Shown: positions 47,175 through 58,330 of the stretch, in pieces
How the letters are laid out: the number at the start of each line of letters is the position of its first letter
Position numbering within the stretch: the stretch's first letter is position 1
From: Macrostomum lignano
Taxonomy: Eukaryota
Assembly: GCA_002269645.1 (NCBI GenBank)
Contig: NIVC01002477.1
Span: forward strand, 1 to 64,000
Length of the DNA: 64,000 nt
Direction: 5' to 3'
The notes under the pieces: model-generated
Databases searched by the model: none
What the model saw: the letters and a program-made list of their open reading frames with translations, nothing else
Told to the model about the DNA's origin: nothing
Program-made: the position numbers and the translations under genes

Positions 47175-48207
47175 TGATGTGTTCCTTATTACCAGTCCTC
47201 AACTGTAATCAAGGAACAATCACTTCTAGCTCTGTAGCTAGGCAACCCAGTAATCAAATGAAGGTATTCAATTACCTTGATCCGGATTCCTTGATATCGT
47301 TCTTGAGTCGTTCGGTTCTGTAGATCTCTTAGACTTTTAGACGTCTTCAGATGTCGATCGGGTCCGAGTTTCCTTTTCTCTCCTTTCGAAGTATTTCCGG
47401 CCGGTATCTGTAGTGCGGACCAATGGGAAGCTTCCAAATTAACAATGGGTACCCTGCGCCAAACTGCGGTTTAATATAAGCCTACTCCTTCTTGCAGTGC
47501 CTCTATGCACTCTAGGTATAGCTCCGGAAACCACTGATAGTCTTCTAAGATCTATCAGGGGCAGTCCTTCTGGAGACTGCAACCAGTAGAGTCTAAACAG
47601 ACTCAGGAGTCTCAACAGACTCTAACTAAACTCCAACGAGACGTCTCAAAACACAGGCGTAAATGAGTAAGGCTTACCGCAAGAACTCGACGAGTCTTCT
47701 GTAGGAAGTCCTGTAGTGGCTTCCTCTTCGGAGCTCTTCTCCTTCCGGAGGAATTGTTGCTCCGGGTCCGTTCCGGACCACTTGTATTTATAGGCGTTCA
47801 GACCTCTCTCGAGGTCGTACATCACTGTCTTCGCAAATGTCAAAGGGTCACGATTCGGTGGCTGTCAAGCATGACAGGGTAGAAAGTTGTTCCATTGGTT
47901 CAGTGTAAAAGCGCGTGATTGGTCATCGCATTCGAGTTATTTTTAGTTACTTTTGATTGGGTCACGTGCGTACAGTTGAATGATGCATCTTTCCTGGGGT
48001 TTGCGTTTGACAAGTACAGGTTACACGTGATTGGGTGATTTCTAAATTTAACATGCACAAGGTCTCTCTCTTCCTATTGGTTAGTCAGAATAAACTTATA
48101 ATTCAAAGCATACCTTTATTCATGCTCTTCAACTTACTACTGAATAAAATGTATGAGTAGTACATTAACACTTTTATGTCTTCTTATGGGAGGTAGAACA
48201 CTCTACA
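47175..48207 (-). mobile_element. Solo LTR B (1033 bp, TG...CA on the minus strand, 4-bp TSD GAAG)
   Basis: Reverse complement starts TGTAGAG and ends GGAACACATCA like copy A; GAAG at 47171-47174 and 48208-48211; TATA at 47785-47792. Confidence 0.88.
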
Positions 48208-49192
48208 GAAGTACGTCAGACCGAATCCTTTCTGACAAGAGGCTTAATGAAATCGCTATTTCCAATTACTAAAACTTCCTGTTGTAATTGATTGAAGATA
48301 CATGTCGCACATATTTATCAATGTCAATATTGGGGAAAGTATAAACAGTATTTCTTTCGTCATTGATTCAGGTCTAAAATATTTGCTAAGAATTAAGTAC
48401 AGCGATTGTTACTTGAATGGTAAAAAACTTGGTGGCTTGCTGCATGCTCTGCACTTTATAGGTTTTTTCCGGTCAACTGGCAAAATAGCCCCAACTCAAG
48501 TGCTCATGTGAATTACTCAGTTCAATTATGGAATTTACAAGTCAAGTGACAACATGCCAAATTAAATTGCAAATTGCCAATTGTTTCAGTATGTGTTCTC
48601 TTCTGCTCAAGGTATTGTATAACGAACACAATGATATAATTTGCACGTGACTTGGCTATATTGACAGATAAACTGAATTTTATGCACCTGAGATGGCTAT
48701 AGCTATCCCGTAACAGCAATGTCGGTGATATCAAAAAGTACATATTTGTCATCGACGTCGTTATATGTAGTAGTCGGAAAGTAGTCGTTGTTAGCCGCCG
48801 TCGTCATATTGCTGTAGGGGTATGTTAAATTTGAGTTAATATCATGGGCTACTTAAATCCTATAATAGCATGCTGCCCTTCTAAAAATATTGCCCATTAT
48901 GCACTCACGCCTTCTACTATAGATACACTCCCTCACTCTCAGGACAGACTTGAGGTCCCAGTCAAGGCTCGTTCAAATCGGCCGTCAAATATGGCGATCA
49001 CCACACGTACTGAAGTACATCAATTGTCATTCCTTTGTACGTTGGTTGAGTGATCTGACGGCAGTGTGAATTGGGCAGCTTTACGCATCGAATTCCACAA
49101 CCATTTCAGCCGGCACCACGCATGAGACCAGTTTGTGAGCTAGAACTGGATCCTATGCTATTATAGATACAGTCATCACAACAGCGATCACA

Positions 49193-49972
49193 ATGCGATT
49201 CCAGAAAAAGACTCTAATATTCTTCACCATCATGCTACCGACGATCATATTATGCATTATTCTGTTCCTCATTGCCTACTCCGGGCCGAATCCGTCGCCC
49301 TGCTGGCAGACAACGGGCGAGGAAGACATGTCAGACTTGCACCGTCGCCGACTCATTACCTGGGGCGAGTGCTCGGCCAGCCCGACTCTGCAAGCCGTTG
49401 TAGCTGTTGAGTCTGGCCAATCGGACGCGTCCAGCAGGGCGTCGCTTCGTCGATCGTGGCCTTGGCCAGCTGAGCAACCTGCTGAAGCGCAGTTAATTTT
49501 CTTCATTCGCTATTCTGTTAATGCTAGCTGGGAGGATATTGTGCAGGAGTTCTATGCTCACAACGATATGGTGCTGGACTCTGAGCAGCATCATAAGCAA
49601 TTGTCGGAGTCTACACTGGACCGGAATGCCACTCAAAGCGGTGAGTCAGAGCTGCTAACCACGGCGACAGCCTGGATGCAGCGTTACTGTCCATCAGTTC
49701 GCTACCTTCTGTACGCCGATATTGCCACCACTCTGCAGCCGAAACTGTTGCCATGGTTACTAGACTATCTGACTAAAAAGACAGTGCCGCCTAATAGGAA
49801 GTCACCTCCATTGCTAGGGCGGTGTCTCCTTATTGCTGACGGTCACAGGACCATTGTGAAAAATATTAACAGGGATAACAATTTGAATATAAGAAACAAT
49901 AATGACAGAAATGTGTCTTGGTCACAGAATGAAAGTTCTGGGTTATTAAATTATGAACAATTATGCCTATAA
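49193..49972 (+). CDS. Type II membrane protein, divergent glycosyltransferase family 31 (B3GALT/B3GNT-like) N-terminal portion
   Basis: Basic N-terminus plus TM helix; SRASLRRSW (cf. RxxIRxTW), LIFFI, QEFYAHNDMVL (cf. ExxxxxDII), AWMQRYCPSVRYLLYAD (cf. WxxxxCxxxxYxxKxDxD). C-terminal half not found; further exons possible. Confidence 0.6.
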   Translation: MRFQKKTLIFFTIMLPTIILCIILFLIAYSGPNPSPCWQTTGEEDMSDLHRRRLITWGECSASPTLQAVVAVESGQSDASSRASLRRSWPWPAEQPAEAQLIFFIRYSVNASWEDIVQEFYAHNDMVLDSEQHHKQLSESTLDRNATQSGESELLTTATAWMQRYCPSVRYLLYADIATTLQPKLLPWLLDYLTKKTVPPNRKSPPLLGRCLLIADGHRTIVKNINRDNNLNIRNNNDRNVSWSQNESSGLLNYEQLCL

Positions 49973-50261
49973 AAAGCTTCATTATTTCAAAGTTAAAGTT
50001 TTTTTAAATTCCGTAATCTTAATTTGTTTTGACTGCGATCAGAAAAATCAAAAGAAATAAAACCTTTTTATTGGAAATTTTTAAGGGAGTGCCTTTGCAA
50101 AAATTTGAAGTTACTGTGTAATTTTCTTCTATTATTTTCAATATAGATTTTGTCGTGGAAATAACACAAAGTATTGAAATTTAGTAAATTTCATATTTTT
50201 TTCAACAGCCTTTGAAATTTTAAGTATTGAGTACGGATTTATGAAATATTTCTTCGAAATT

Positions 50262-50770
50262 CCTCCCTGAGAATCTACCCCATAGATCTCTCCCTGAGAA
50301 TCTACCCCATACATTAGATCTCTCCCTAAGAATCTACCCCAAAGATCTCTCCCTGAGAATCTACCCCATAGATCTCTCCCTAAGAATCTACCCCAAAGAT
50401 CTCTCCCTAAGAATCTACCCCAAAGATCTCTCCCTGAGAATCTAACCCATAGATCTCTCCCTGAGAATCTAACCCATAGATCTCTCCCTGAGAATTTACC
50501 CCATAGATCTCTCCCTGAGAATCTAACCCATAGATCTCTCCCTGAGAATCTAACCTTTAGATCTCTCCATGAGAATCTGCCCCATAGATCTCTCCCTGAG
50601 AATCCACCCCATACATTAGATCTCTCCTTGAGAATCTAACCCATAGATCTCTCCCTGAGAATCTAACCTTTAGATCTCTCCATGAGAATCTGCCCCATAG
50701 ATCTCTCCCTGAGAATCCACCCCATACATTAGATCTCTCCTTGAGAATCTATCCCATAAATCTAACCCTG
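50262..50770. repeat. About 27-bp minisatellite GATCTCTCCCTGAGAATCTA(C/A)CCCATA
   Basis: Direct inspection. Confidence 0.93.
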
Positions 50771-51248
50771 AGAATCCAGCAAGGAAATCGTCTTGAACCC
50801 GAACTCTTTCTTTTAGACAATCTACCACAAAATATCTCACCATGAGAATTTCACTAAAATAAAAATGTGTTGTCAGTAACTTTTCATCTCTGCGATGTGT
50901 TTCCAAGAATTCGCCACTTTCGACTCTGGCCACTCCCGGATCCAACAGAGTTAAAGCATCGTGCTGGTTATACCATTACAATAAAATTGTCAAAATATGG
51001 TAAACCAGATATATCAACAATTTCATATTAAAAGTTTCTTATATATTCTGTTACTAATTTAGCAATGTCCAATAATAGTCATTTCATTGCTATATACACA
51101 TAGATAAGTCTTAATGCAGTGCAGCTAACTAATAGTTGCTGATATGCCTATTATTCAAGCGTTCATATAGTAATCAATTTGGTAATAATAAAAATTAATT
51201 ACGTGTTTATTGATGATAGACATTTCAGCAACAAGAATAACTGAATTC

Positions 51249-51600
51249 GGACAATCAAAACCGGACGCCGTAGACATTGAAGCCAGGCCACAGACTCGGG
51301 CTGCTTGGGAATGCACAGACATAGAATGTGGAATATGAACAAACGAAAATGGTAAAAGCCATTCAAAACGGGAATTCACCCAATTTAATGTATTTTTTAT
51401 ATCTCAGGAAGGAGGGACACAGAGTTATAAAATCTCAGTCCGATTACCCTTTTGAATGGCCTTTTCCCATATTGAATGACCAAAGTTATAGTCTATGGCC
51501 AAGCCTCCCTCAGTAGACTTTGCTTAACTGCTAAAGTCCATGACTAGGGTGAGATCTGTGGCCTGGCTTGAATGTCTATGGCGTCCCATTTTAATTGTCC
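51249..51600. mobile_element. MITE (about 350 bp) with imperfect TIRs of about 50 bp
   Basis: GGACAATCAAAACCGGACGCCGTAGACATTGAAGCCAGGCCACAGACTC (51249-51297) vs the reverse complement of 51551-51600. Confidence 0.75.
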
Positions 51601-51997
51601 CAATTAGATCGTCAAAAGCGATATTAAACTGGAATATTTGAAACTCGTATCGTCAGTACATAAAGTATGATCTAAAGAATGTATAGCGCTGGATAGGACT
51701 TCGCCATAGACAATTTTCGTTTGAGAAAAATTCGCTCTAGAAAAATCCGATTTTTTATCTTCTATGCTCATTTCTAAGAAATGAATCCTTCAGCTACTTC
51801 AGCTGTCCATGCATCTGCATGTATAGTACATACACTGAGTACGTACGTACAGTTAAATATGACCCACAAATTGGGGTTACAATTGCAAAGCAAAAAACAC
51901 AGGAATCTATCATAAATAAACAGCTAGTCAAAGTGAAAGAAGGCAGAATGTAAGTTACAAGTTACATGTACGACTGTTTAGGTAGTTTGGGTAACTG

Positions 51998-54964
51998 TCA
52001 GTTGATCCTATTCACCATCTCGAAAGTTGTGAAACTTCGCTGGACCCAAGGCGAGGAGCCGTTAACTTTGATATTACTTGCTTCTTTAAAGAATGTGGAC
52101 GGTGCTAAGCCTTTTTTCTGAACTGCCGGAAGCTTCAGTCGAGTTGTCGAGGATGTCGAATGGTTCGACAAAACGCCGCCTCCGCCGCGTAGCTTGTCGA
52201 ATCTGCCGGAGGAATCGATCTGCAGCCGGCGCACCGTCGCCAACACTTCGCCGCGTCGCCAACGCTTCCAGTCGGTCTGGCCCTGACAGGCCCGGCGAAG
52301 ACGCTTATCCGACGGCTGTTGGACGGCGGCGACAGTGGCGGCTGCTGTTGCGGCGTCGGGAGTCAGGACCGACAGCAGGGTGGCGCGGAAGACGGCCAAC
52401 ACGTGGCAGCCGCGGCTCACCAAACGGAAGGCGCGAGTGGCGTCTGGACCGGCAGCCAGGCCCTGAGCAGAATGAACAGATTTGTAATTACAGCTTGATT
52501 GAGACTTAGCGTTACAGCGAAAGTTTAGCTCCATGCAGAGTTTACAAAAGCCGCCGTGCAAACAAAACTATATGAAATTTTATAGCCACAAGTGGATTTC
52601 AACTCAAGCTTTGAAACCGAAGCGAGGGACTCTGTGTGGAATAAAGTTGCATTTCTCTAGTTGACTGGTCCGGCTTCTTTCCAGTGCTACATCCCCTTTT
52701 GATGACCTCATAGAATTTAAACTTTCCAAAGCATCTTACGATCATGCAACTCACAAAAGCACTGCCGGGCACCAGACGGCCAACTTTAGCCATGAGGCAG
52801 TCGGGCTCGTTTAGCAGTCTGTAGCAGTCGGCTGAACCGGACATCAGAAACCAGACGCAGTCGGTTCGACGCGAGTCCGACACAATCTGAAAGCCGTCCA
52901 GATAGTCCAGCTGAACGCAACTGCTGGCAAAGCTGTTGATCTTAGCCTCAGCCGGTTCGGGCTCGACAGACTGCGGTTCTGACTCCGTCTCGGTGCGAGG
53001 TCCGTCTTCGCTGACAGCTGGCTGTCTAGCTGGTGACGCGAGGCTTGACAATAGCGGCACACGTCTGAAGATTGTTGGACGTTTTTCTAGGATAAACGAT
53101 TGTTGATTCTCATTATCTGAAATAAAACTATTGATCAAACGGTACCTATCGTGTAAAAAAGCCTGACGATGGACGCAACCCTGAGCCCGATCAAAATATG
53201 ATAACTTGTAAAGGTAATTTTCAAAAGCTTTTGAGTCTAACATCAATCAGTTCGGTTGTAAAAAAAATTTACGACATTTTCCGTGAATACTCATTGGATT
53301 TAGTTTCAATCAATACATGGAATATTGCTATAAATACCTTAAAAATTGAGCAGTCTGCTCAACTCTAGCCCTAAAGTACGCAGCCAGACCAGACTCAGCG
53401 AAGCACTCATCGTAGATAATTAGCAACTCCGTCAGCTGCGTCTCCGTAGTGACGGTGGCATTTCGATTTGTCTCCAAAAGCAACGCTCTCTCGCCGAACG
53501 CGTCACCTTTTCGCAGGCGAACGGACTCTGAACCGGCGTCCGTGCTGGCCGCCGTTCTGACCACGACACCGCCCGAGAAGATCATGTAAAATGAGTAGCC
53601 GATGTGGCCCTCGCGAAGTACGTCGCGGCCCTTCTCTAGCCTGGGGAGGCAGAATTGTTTTATTTAAAATCTATCACATGTAATTGATGGTAAAATAGTA
53701 TTATCTTACCACGTAAACAAACTGTCGCTAGCAAATGGGTACTTAATTTAATTACACCGATTGACATTTACCCGACGTACATGTATATCATCGTCAGCTG
53801 TCGGCGTATTCTAAAAATAGCCATTTGCCAGTGACGACCTTTGACATTAGCGATGTCGGGTACGTTGACAGACATTGGAATGTTGCAGGGGTTAGTGTGA
53901 CTAGTGGAAGAATAAGAACAAACGAAGGACTCCGAATAATGTGTCAATTTTATTGACCCTATTTTTTACGTTAAATTCATTCCAGAGATCATTACATCGA
54001 ACCGTTTTGGCGGTTAAATCTCGATTGTGTTTCTATAACCATTCTTAATTTTAATAATGTCCATCAGCTGCCGAATCAATTCTTGGACCTTACTCGACTG
54101 AGAATTATTCATTACGAGTATTATTTAATTTAATTTTACACGTTCGTAAGTCACGGAACAACTCGTCTAAGTAGTTTAAGTCTAACGACGCTACACCTAA
54201 AAAATGTACAAATTTCACCTGAGGCAATTTTCATTGCTAAACGCAGTGAGAAAGAAGCTTTTAGTTAGCACTAAACTGACCATACCTCATATTTTCAAGA
54301 CTTCTGCATTGCAAATAAATCAAGTGTTACAATGTCTTTTTTAGCCAGTTATTACAAGTTATAAATACCATGCCTACTATGTACATGTATGTTCGTGAAG
54401 CTGTATCCTTCGAAGTTTTTTCAGTGTTGACTGTGTAGATAATTTATATCTGACCAACCTCATGTAGAAGGCCTGCTCAGCCAGTCGTTGCAGCAACTGC
54501 TCCGGCAGTCGTCTGCAAAACTTCAACTGTCGCATCAGCGTCCTGATACAGTCGACATCATCGCTTGTTCGATGCTGCGGCAGGCGCAGCACGGGCCCGA
54601 TTGCGTACCTGGGCCAGCGGTACTCATCGCCGGAACTAAATCGATACTCGGCAGCGTCGAATTCCAGGTAGCCATCGGATTCTGAGTAGAACCTGGCCAG
54701 ACTTGGCTGCTGCTGCGCCGCTGTGGCGGCCGCTGTCGATAGGGGCGCGTGGACGCCGGCTTCGCGGGCGCACTGGGAGAAAGCCAGACTGACTCGGCAG
54801 AGCACCCGAACAACGGTGGCTTTGCGACGGAGCAGGCCCTGCAGCTGATGCCGGTGCTCTCGACTCGGTTGTTGATCGTCAGGCTTCTGCTGCAACTGCG
54901 TCTGGTTTTGTGGCACTCCGGCTCGCTGCTGTTCAACATCACTTTGCTGCTTTTGTTGTTGTAC
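51998..54964 (-). CDS. Cyclic-nucleotide-binding-domain protein (CNBD2-like); exons 54964-54459, 53640-53338, 53064-52755, 52462-51998; first coding exon not resolved
   Basis: Phase-consistent GT-AG junctions (2,2,0). LEKGRDVLREGHIGYSFYMIFSGGV...LRKGDAFGERALLLETNRNATV is a canonical cNMP domain, preceded by the CNBD-type PQHRTSDDVDCIRTLMRQLKF...LAEQAFY; a second degenerate domain follows (VWFLMSGSADC...VGRLVPGSAFGL). Confidence 0.8.
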
Positions 54965-55237
54965 CTACAGTTTTAAAATATTGAAACGTAGAACGTAGCA
55001 TGCCATATAAGCGTAGAGAAAATGAAGAATTCTGTGCTAATTAGCTATAAATTCCTGTCGCTTCTAATGAGATTCGAGTCGAAGTTTTTCTACTGCGCAA
55101 TGTTTTTTTTAATTAGGTCAGTCTTTTTCTTGCCAAAATTCTTAGAAACTTCTCTACGTCTTAAGCCTCATAAGCTTTGTGTCGTACGTTGACCCAGCTA
55201 GTGGCGGCAATGCCGTGCAGCAATCAGACGTTCTATC

Positions 55238-55341
55238 GATGTCGCCGACAAACATGTACTTTTACATTCCATCCATGGATAACAACGTCATACAAATTGA
55301 ACGTCGGTGTAATGTAAAAGTACATATTATTCGGCGACGTC
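55238..55341. repeat. 31-bp imperfect inverted repeat with a 42-nt spacer
   Basis: GATGTCGCCGACAAACATGTACTTTTACATT vs AATGTAAAAGTACATATTATTCGGCGACGTC (about 27/31 paired). Confidence 0.75.
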
Positions 55342-55884
55342 GGGAAAGTCGAATTGCTGTACAGGAATGTGACACCTTTTATGGCATTTGATCGATTAGG
55401 TTGGGTAGGTTGTGTTATGAAATCTATCCAGTACACCCTGTGTGAGCGTGTTATATAAGTGCATGCCTGTGAAGTACTTCTTCTTCTCGGGTTCTCAAAG
55501 ATGTTCCTGAAAATCGAACCCGCTGCTCCTGAAGAAGCTAGATAGCACCGCAGTACTACCTATCGATTTGCCTGAAAATGAACCTAAAACGTTGCCGTTA
55601 CTTGGTAGGGTTGCTGCCACCTTGGTGTGCGGACTCGACGCGTCGGCAGAGTTGTCTATCCGTCACCTGAAAGAAAATTAACAAAGTCGCTCGGAGCAAA
55701 GGCAAATCTGCAAATCTCGACAGTCGATCGTCTTAGTTGAATGCTGCTCGGACCTGAAAACCTGTAAAACCTGAAATGAGAGAGGAGAGCTCGGAGGCAG
55801 AGGCTTCACGAGTTAGCCGCAATGCTCCGCGAGACGACGCAGGCTACGAACACGGTCTGGAGAAAATGGCTCGCAGATGCTCCG

Positions 55885-55892
55885 TATTTATA
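55885..55892 (-). promoter_or_regulatory. Candidate TATA box (TATAAATA) for the CNBD2-like gene
   Basis: Consensus TATA on the minus strand upstream of the gene, next to an E-box and AP-1/Fox motifs; function inferred. Confidence 0.45.
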
Positions 55893-56033
55893 GACGAGCG
55901 GACCCCCAAAAGTCACGTGAGTTTCATGCGGTGAGCGCGTGAAACTTCCTTATTTGGGCATTGAAATCATGCGAACGACGCGTGATTCAAGGCCAACTTC
56001 CAAATAAGGCAATCCTGTCACGCATCAGTGGCG

Positions 56034-56258
56034 TGACTCAAGGTCAGTGGCCACGCACAGCATGCGTGCACAGTCACGTGCTTTTCTGTGCTAAAAATAG
56101 AACTTGGGCGGATGAGTCATCCTGTTTACTCCCTCTGGGCAGCCATTATACTCCGCGCAGGTGATGAGTCATCCTGCTACGCCTCTCAGCGCGAGTGGGA
56201 AGACATTGAGTGTGGCTGCCCACGCCTGCTCAGGCGATGAGTCATCGGGCAGTAAACA
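56034..56258. promoter_or_regulatory. Candidate enhancer: four AP-1 sites plus two Forkhead cores
   Basis: TGACTCA at 56034; GATGAGTCATC at 56111, 56163 and 56236; TGTTTAC at 56123, GTAAACA at 56252; CACGTG at about 56075. Confidence 0.55.
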
Positions 56259-56423
56259 CTTAGGCCCAGCACAGGGTATCTCTCTCACTAGATCAGGTGG
56301 ACTGAGCCACTGTGCAGCGGATCACAGCGCCCTTAGGGAAAGCTAGTGAATGCTGCTGAATAGCCAGTTAGCAGCCAGTCACTACACCTGTCTACAGTAT
56401 TTTCGCGCAATTGTATGCGCTCA

Positions 56424-56951
56424 GGGGGGTCTTTCTCGAAAGCAACTTACGATCGACCATAGACGTAAGTTGGGTAAGCTACACTTACGGGTTGCTCGAA
56501 GGGCTCGCAAGTTAGCTATGCGTAAGATTGATCGCAACTTTACGAGTTCGTAACTTTGCGCAAAAGACTGTTTCTCGAAACGTTCGTATGTCTATGGTCT
56601 TTCGTAAGATTGATCTTAACCCTACGACTGCTCGGTATCAGTCGTAAGACGCACTTAAGCACTAATCGCATAGTACGTGAAGCTTTAGTCAAGCCAAGTT
56701 AAGTTGAACTTTATCGAAGGTGGGTCTTTCTCGAAAGCAACTTACGATAGACTAAGTAAAGATATTTGCAGATTTATGACCATAGACATGCAACTTTTCG
56801 TTTCAGATACGACTTACGAACAGCGTAAGCCACGCAAAGTCTAAGTGAGTTTTGAGAAAGCGTCTTACGAGCAAACTTACGCTACACGTAAATTTCTTTC
56901 TTACGATCTACCTTACCATAGAACTTACGTGAGTTTCGAGAAACACCCCCC
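56424..56951. mobile_element. MITE of about 530 bp (PIF/Harbinger-like G-rich TIR) with many internal CTTACG/CGTAAG motifs
   Basis: GGGGGGTCTTTCTCGAAA at the left end vs TTTCGAGAAACACCCCCC at the right end; internal second copy of the left TIR at about 56723; TSD not resolved. Confidence 0.7.
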
Positions 56952-57939
56952 AGGAGTCAGCGGAACGGGCAGAATTTTGACTTTTATTATGCTTCCACTT
57001 CGTATTTTCATACTGACGACTATATAATTTTAGAAAAGTGTTACTTCTGTACTCAAATCTCATTATCAATGCTCAAGGAGCATTAGAAGTAGACTTCTAA
57101 ATGATGTCCAGCAGTTTTATAATGGTCTCAGTTTTCCTGAATGAATCATAGGCTAATGCGAGCGTAATAGTAACATTAAAGGATAGATCAAAATTTAGAT
57201 CGCAATTTCACGCAAATAGTGAGGAAAATATTTTTGCAGCAAGTTAGCTACGTAGGAACAAAAAATTAAGATCCCATGAGTTCGACTTTTACTTACCGGA
57301 TTTGTTAAAGTCTGAACAGTTTCAGCGTTATGAGACATTTTCTAAGTTCATAAGTGTATAACCTGATTCAATATTGGAGCTGAGTTGTATTGAAAATTCC
57401 GACTAGAATCTTTTCTCCGATTTAGCCAGAAACCTTTCCTTTTCTTGGTCCTTAACTCGTCAAATTACTTCAGGCCGCGTTACAGGCATTGGTCGAGAGC
57501 GAGTTTTGAGCCAATAAAAGCAAATTTGCACACTCACGCATTAGCGCATATAACATTAATTATGTATTGTTTGCGCAAGCTAGCTGCACAAGTACATTCG
57601 CCCGAAATGACGCATTACATGTGTATAGACTTTGGGCACTGAAAAGACGAATTATTGTAGACAAACTTGTGTGAGCGGCAGAATGTTGGCTAACTTTACT
57701 CACAGAGCCAGGAGAGGAAGTTAGCTGGCTAAAAGCTCGCTTCCCTGAGAATATCTCTGTGTGCTTAGAAACCACGCAGAACCCTGTGAATGTGATGTGT
57801 GCGCTTTTGGCGAATGTTTAATTAGATATAGTGATTCGTATTTTGGCTAACTATAAAACTACAGCCGTCCAAGTGACTGAAGAACCCTTCTTTGTGCAGT
57901 GGTTATTTCGCATATTGAAAGCTGATTTCGGGAATTCGG

Positions 57940-58330
57940 TTGACTCTCCTGAGTATCTTTTAAGCTCTCTCTTGAGTGTCTTTTAGGTGTGACTCTTTTA
58001 AGTGCCTTCGGTTGACGTTCTTGAGCGTCTTTTAAGGGATTCTTAAGCGTATTTTAGGGTGATTTTCTAAAGTGTCTCTCTAGAGTGTGGGATTTTGAGC
58101 GTCTTTTAAGTGGCTCTCGAGTGTCTTTCGGGTGACTCTCTTGAGCGTCTTTTAAGTGACTCTCGAGTGTCTTTCGGGTGACTCTCTTGAGTGTCTTTAG
58201 GGTGGCTCTCTTGAGTGTCTTTTAAGTGACTGTCTTGAGTGGCTTCTAAGTGACTCTCTTGATTCTTTTTTGAAAAGACTGTCTTGAGTGTCTTTCGGGT
58301 GAATTTTTTAGGACTGAGTGCCTTTTAGGT
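57940..58330. repeat. Degenerate tandem repeat of about 24 bp, GTGACTCTCTTGAGTGTCTTTTAA
   Basis: Direct inspection. Confidence 0.8.
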
